From contig JAOPYI010000193.1 in NCBI GenBank assembly GCA_025964675.1, forward strand, positions 53,029-117,028: a stretch of 64,000 bases of DNA. The letters run 5' to 3'. Each line of letters opens with the position of its first letter. Positions within the stretch are counted from its first letter, which is position 1. The position numbers and the translations under genes are program-made. The notes under the pieces are model-generated. The model saw only the letters and a program-made list of their open reading frames with translations, had not been told where the DNA came from and made no database searches. This stretch comes from Sphaerisporangium sp. Lineage in GTDB: Bacteria > Actinomycetota > Actinomycetes > Streptosporangiales > Streptosporangiaceae. Positions 63,059 to 64,000 of this stretch are shown one piece after another.

Positions 63059-63810
63059 GGCCATGACGACGAGCGGTTGGTCTTCCCGGCGAATGCCTTG
63101 CCCGTTGGCGTCCGCCCCAGCGAATGCCCTTCTCGCTTCGGATGCGAGCGCGTTCCTTGCGTTCGGCAGCCAGGACGTCGCGGTGACGGGCGTTGGCGTT
63201 GCGCCAACGCAGGTAGGCGTGCAAGGCCCGGGTCTGCACGGTGTGGTTGGGGTGGTTGGAATTGGCGATGGTGAACTGCCTCGGCGGTTCGAAGTGCGCC
63301 TCGATCGGGTTCGCCCACGAGGCGTAGGTTGGGGTGAAGCACAACTCGACCTTGTTCTTCTTCGCTCAGCGCCGGATAGCGGTGCCCTTGTGGGCGGACA
63401 GGTTGTCCATGATCACGTAGATCGGTGCGCCGTCGGGCCGGGCGGCGCGGCTCGACTTCAGCGCGGCCAGCGTGTTCGCGGCACCTTTTCTGCGGCGGTT
63501 GACACCCCACAGGCGGTCGTCGCCGACCGAGTAGCAGCCGTGGAAGTAGCGCACTCCGTGGGTGCGGTGGTAGGTGGCGGGCACTCGGTCGGGGTGCTTC
63601 CGCTCGGCCCAGCACGAGCCTGCGGTGGGCCGGATTCCGAGCGGGCCAAACTCGTCGAAGGCGAACACCCGGTCCGGGAAGCGGTCCAGGACCTTCTCGA
63701 TCCGGTCCAGCTTCGCCTCGCGGTCAGGGTCGGGAGATTCCTTCCAGGTCTTGGTGCGCTGGAAGGTGACATCGCGGCGGGCGAGCAGGCCGCGTAACGC
63801 CTCGCGGCCG
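63042..63810 (-). pseudogene. IS630-family transposase, 5'-truncated, with an in-frame nonsense codon
   Basis: TFQRTKTWKESPDP, FAFDEFGPL, YVIMDNLSAHK, then TGA at 63366-63368 where Trp is expected (RR*AKKNKVELCFTPTYASWANPIE). The HTH N-terminus is not recognisable upstream of about 63810. Confidence 0.92.
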
Positions 63811-64000
63811 AGTGCCCAGCTACGGGTCGATGTCGCCGGTTGCCGGTTGCCGCAGCCATGACGGGGGGCCGAATCGGAAGCACAGCGCGTGCTCCGCGGC
63901 CTGGCTCCGCTCCCGCTCATCGGCCGGGATGTGGCTCGGGCTGAGCTGGGGCTATGCCAATTCGATCGCGCGTAGTGCAAGGGCCCTCCCAGCGAACGCC

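Noticed and set aside
63811-64000. Sequence upstream of the transposase fragment, possibly a degraded gene
   Set aside because: It no longer resembles the IS630 N-terminus, has stops in the most protein-like frame, and is cut by the window edge.

Overview
High-GC actinobacterial chromosome, probably a filamentous sporulating actinomycete (inferred from gene content only). No rRNA, tRNA or CRISPR array was seen. (1) 1-29 kb is a conserved backbone: lsr2-clpC, mutY, an Rv3587c-like gene, disA-radA, MerR+thioredoxin, an EtfD/Rv0338c-like Fe-S protein, GT4, csoR, a gamma-CA family protein and a DivIVA/FilP-like coiled coil. It is interrupted by an orphan degenerate EboE-like gene and a ~7.5 kb ABC/MFS/two-component insert. 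(2) 30.8-47.4 kb is a choline/glycine-betaine uptake and demethylation cluster: Rieske ferredoxin+oxygenase, two IclR genes, betA, a ProVWX-type ABC transporter, a GcvT-family dimethylglycine oxidase and soxBDAG. All four of its upstream regions carry the same tandem 17-bp palindrome pair (GTTGCG-N5-CGCAAC, 19-bp period). (3) 47.4-64 kb is a visibly less GC-rich accessory patchwork: orphan regulators, a 2TM-NB-ARC-TPR (NLR-like) gene, a sugar-type ABC transporter with a PLP class V enzyme and FadR, and a decayed IS630 whose probable terminus lies beyond a hydrolase-MarR pair, suggesting captured cargo. Start codons were re-chosen by eye where the ORF track over-extends. All homology calls come from motif recognition; no searches were run.
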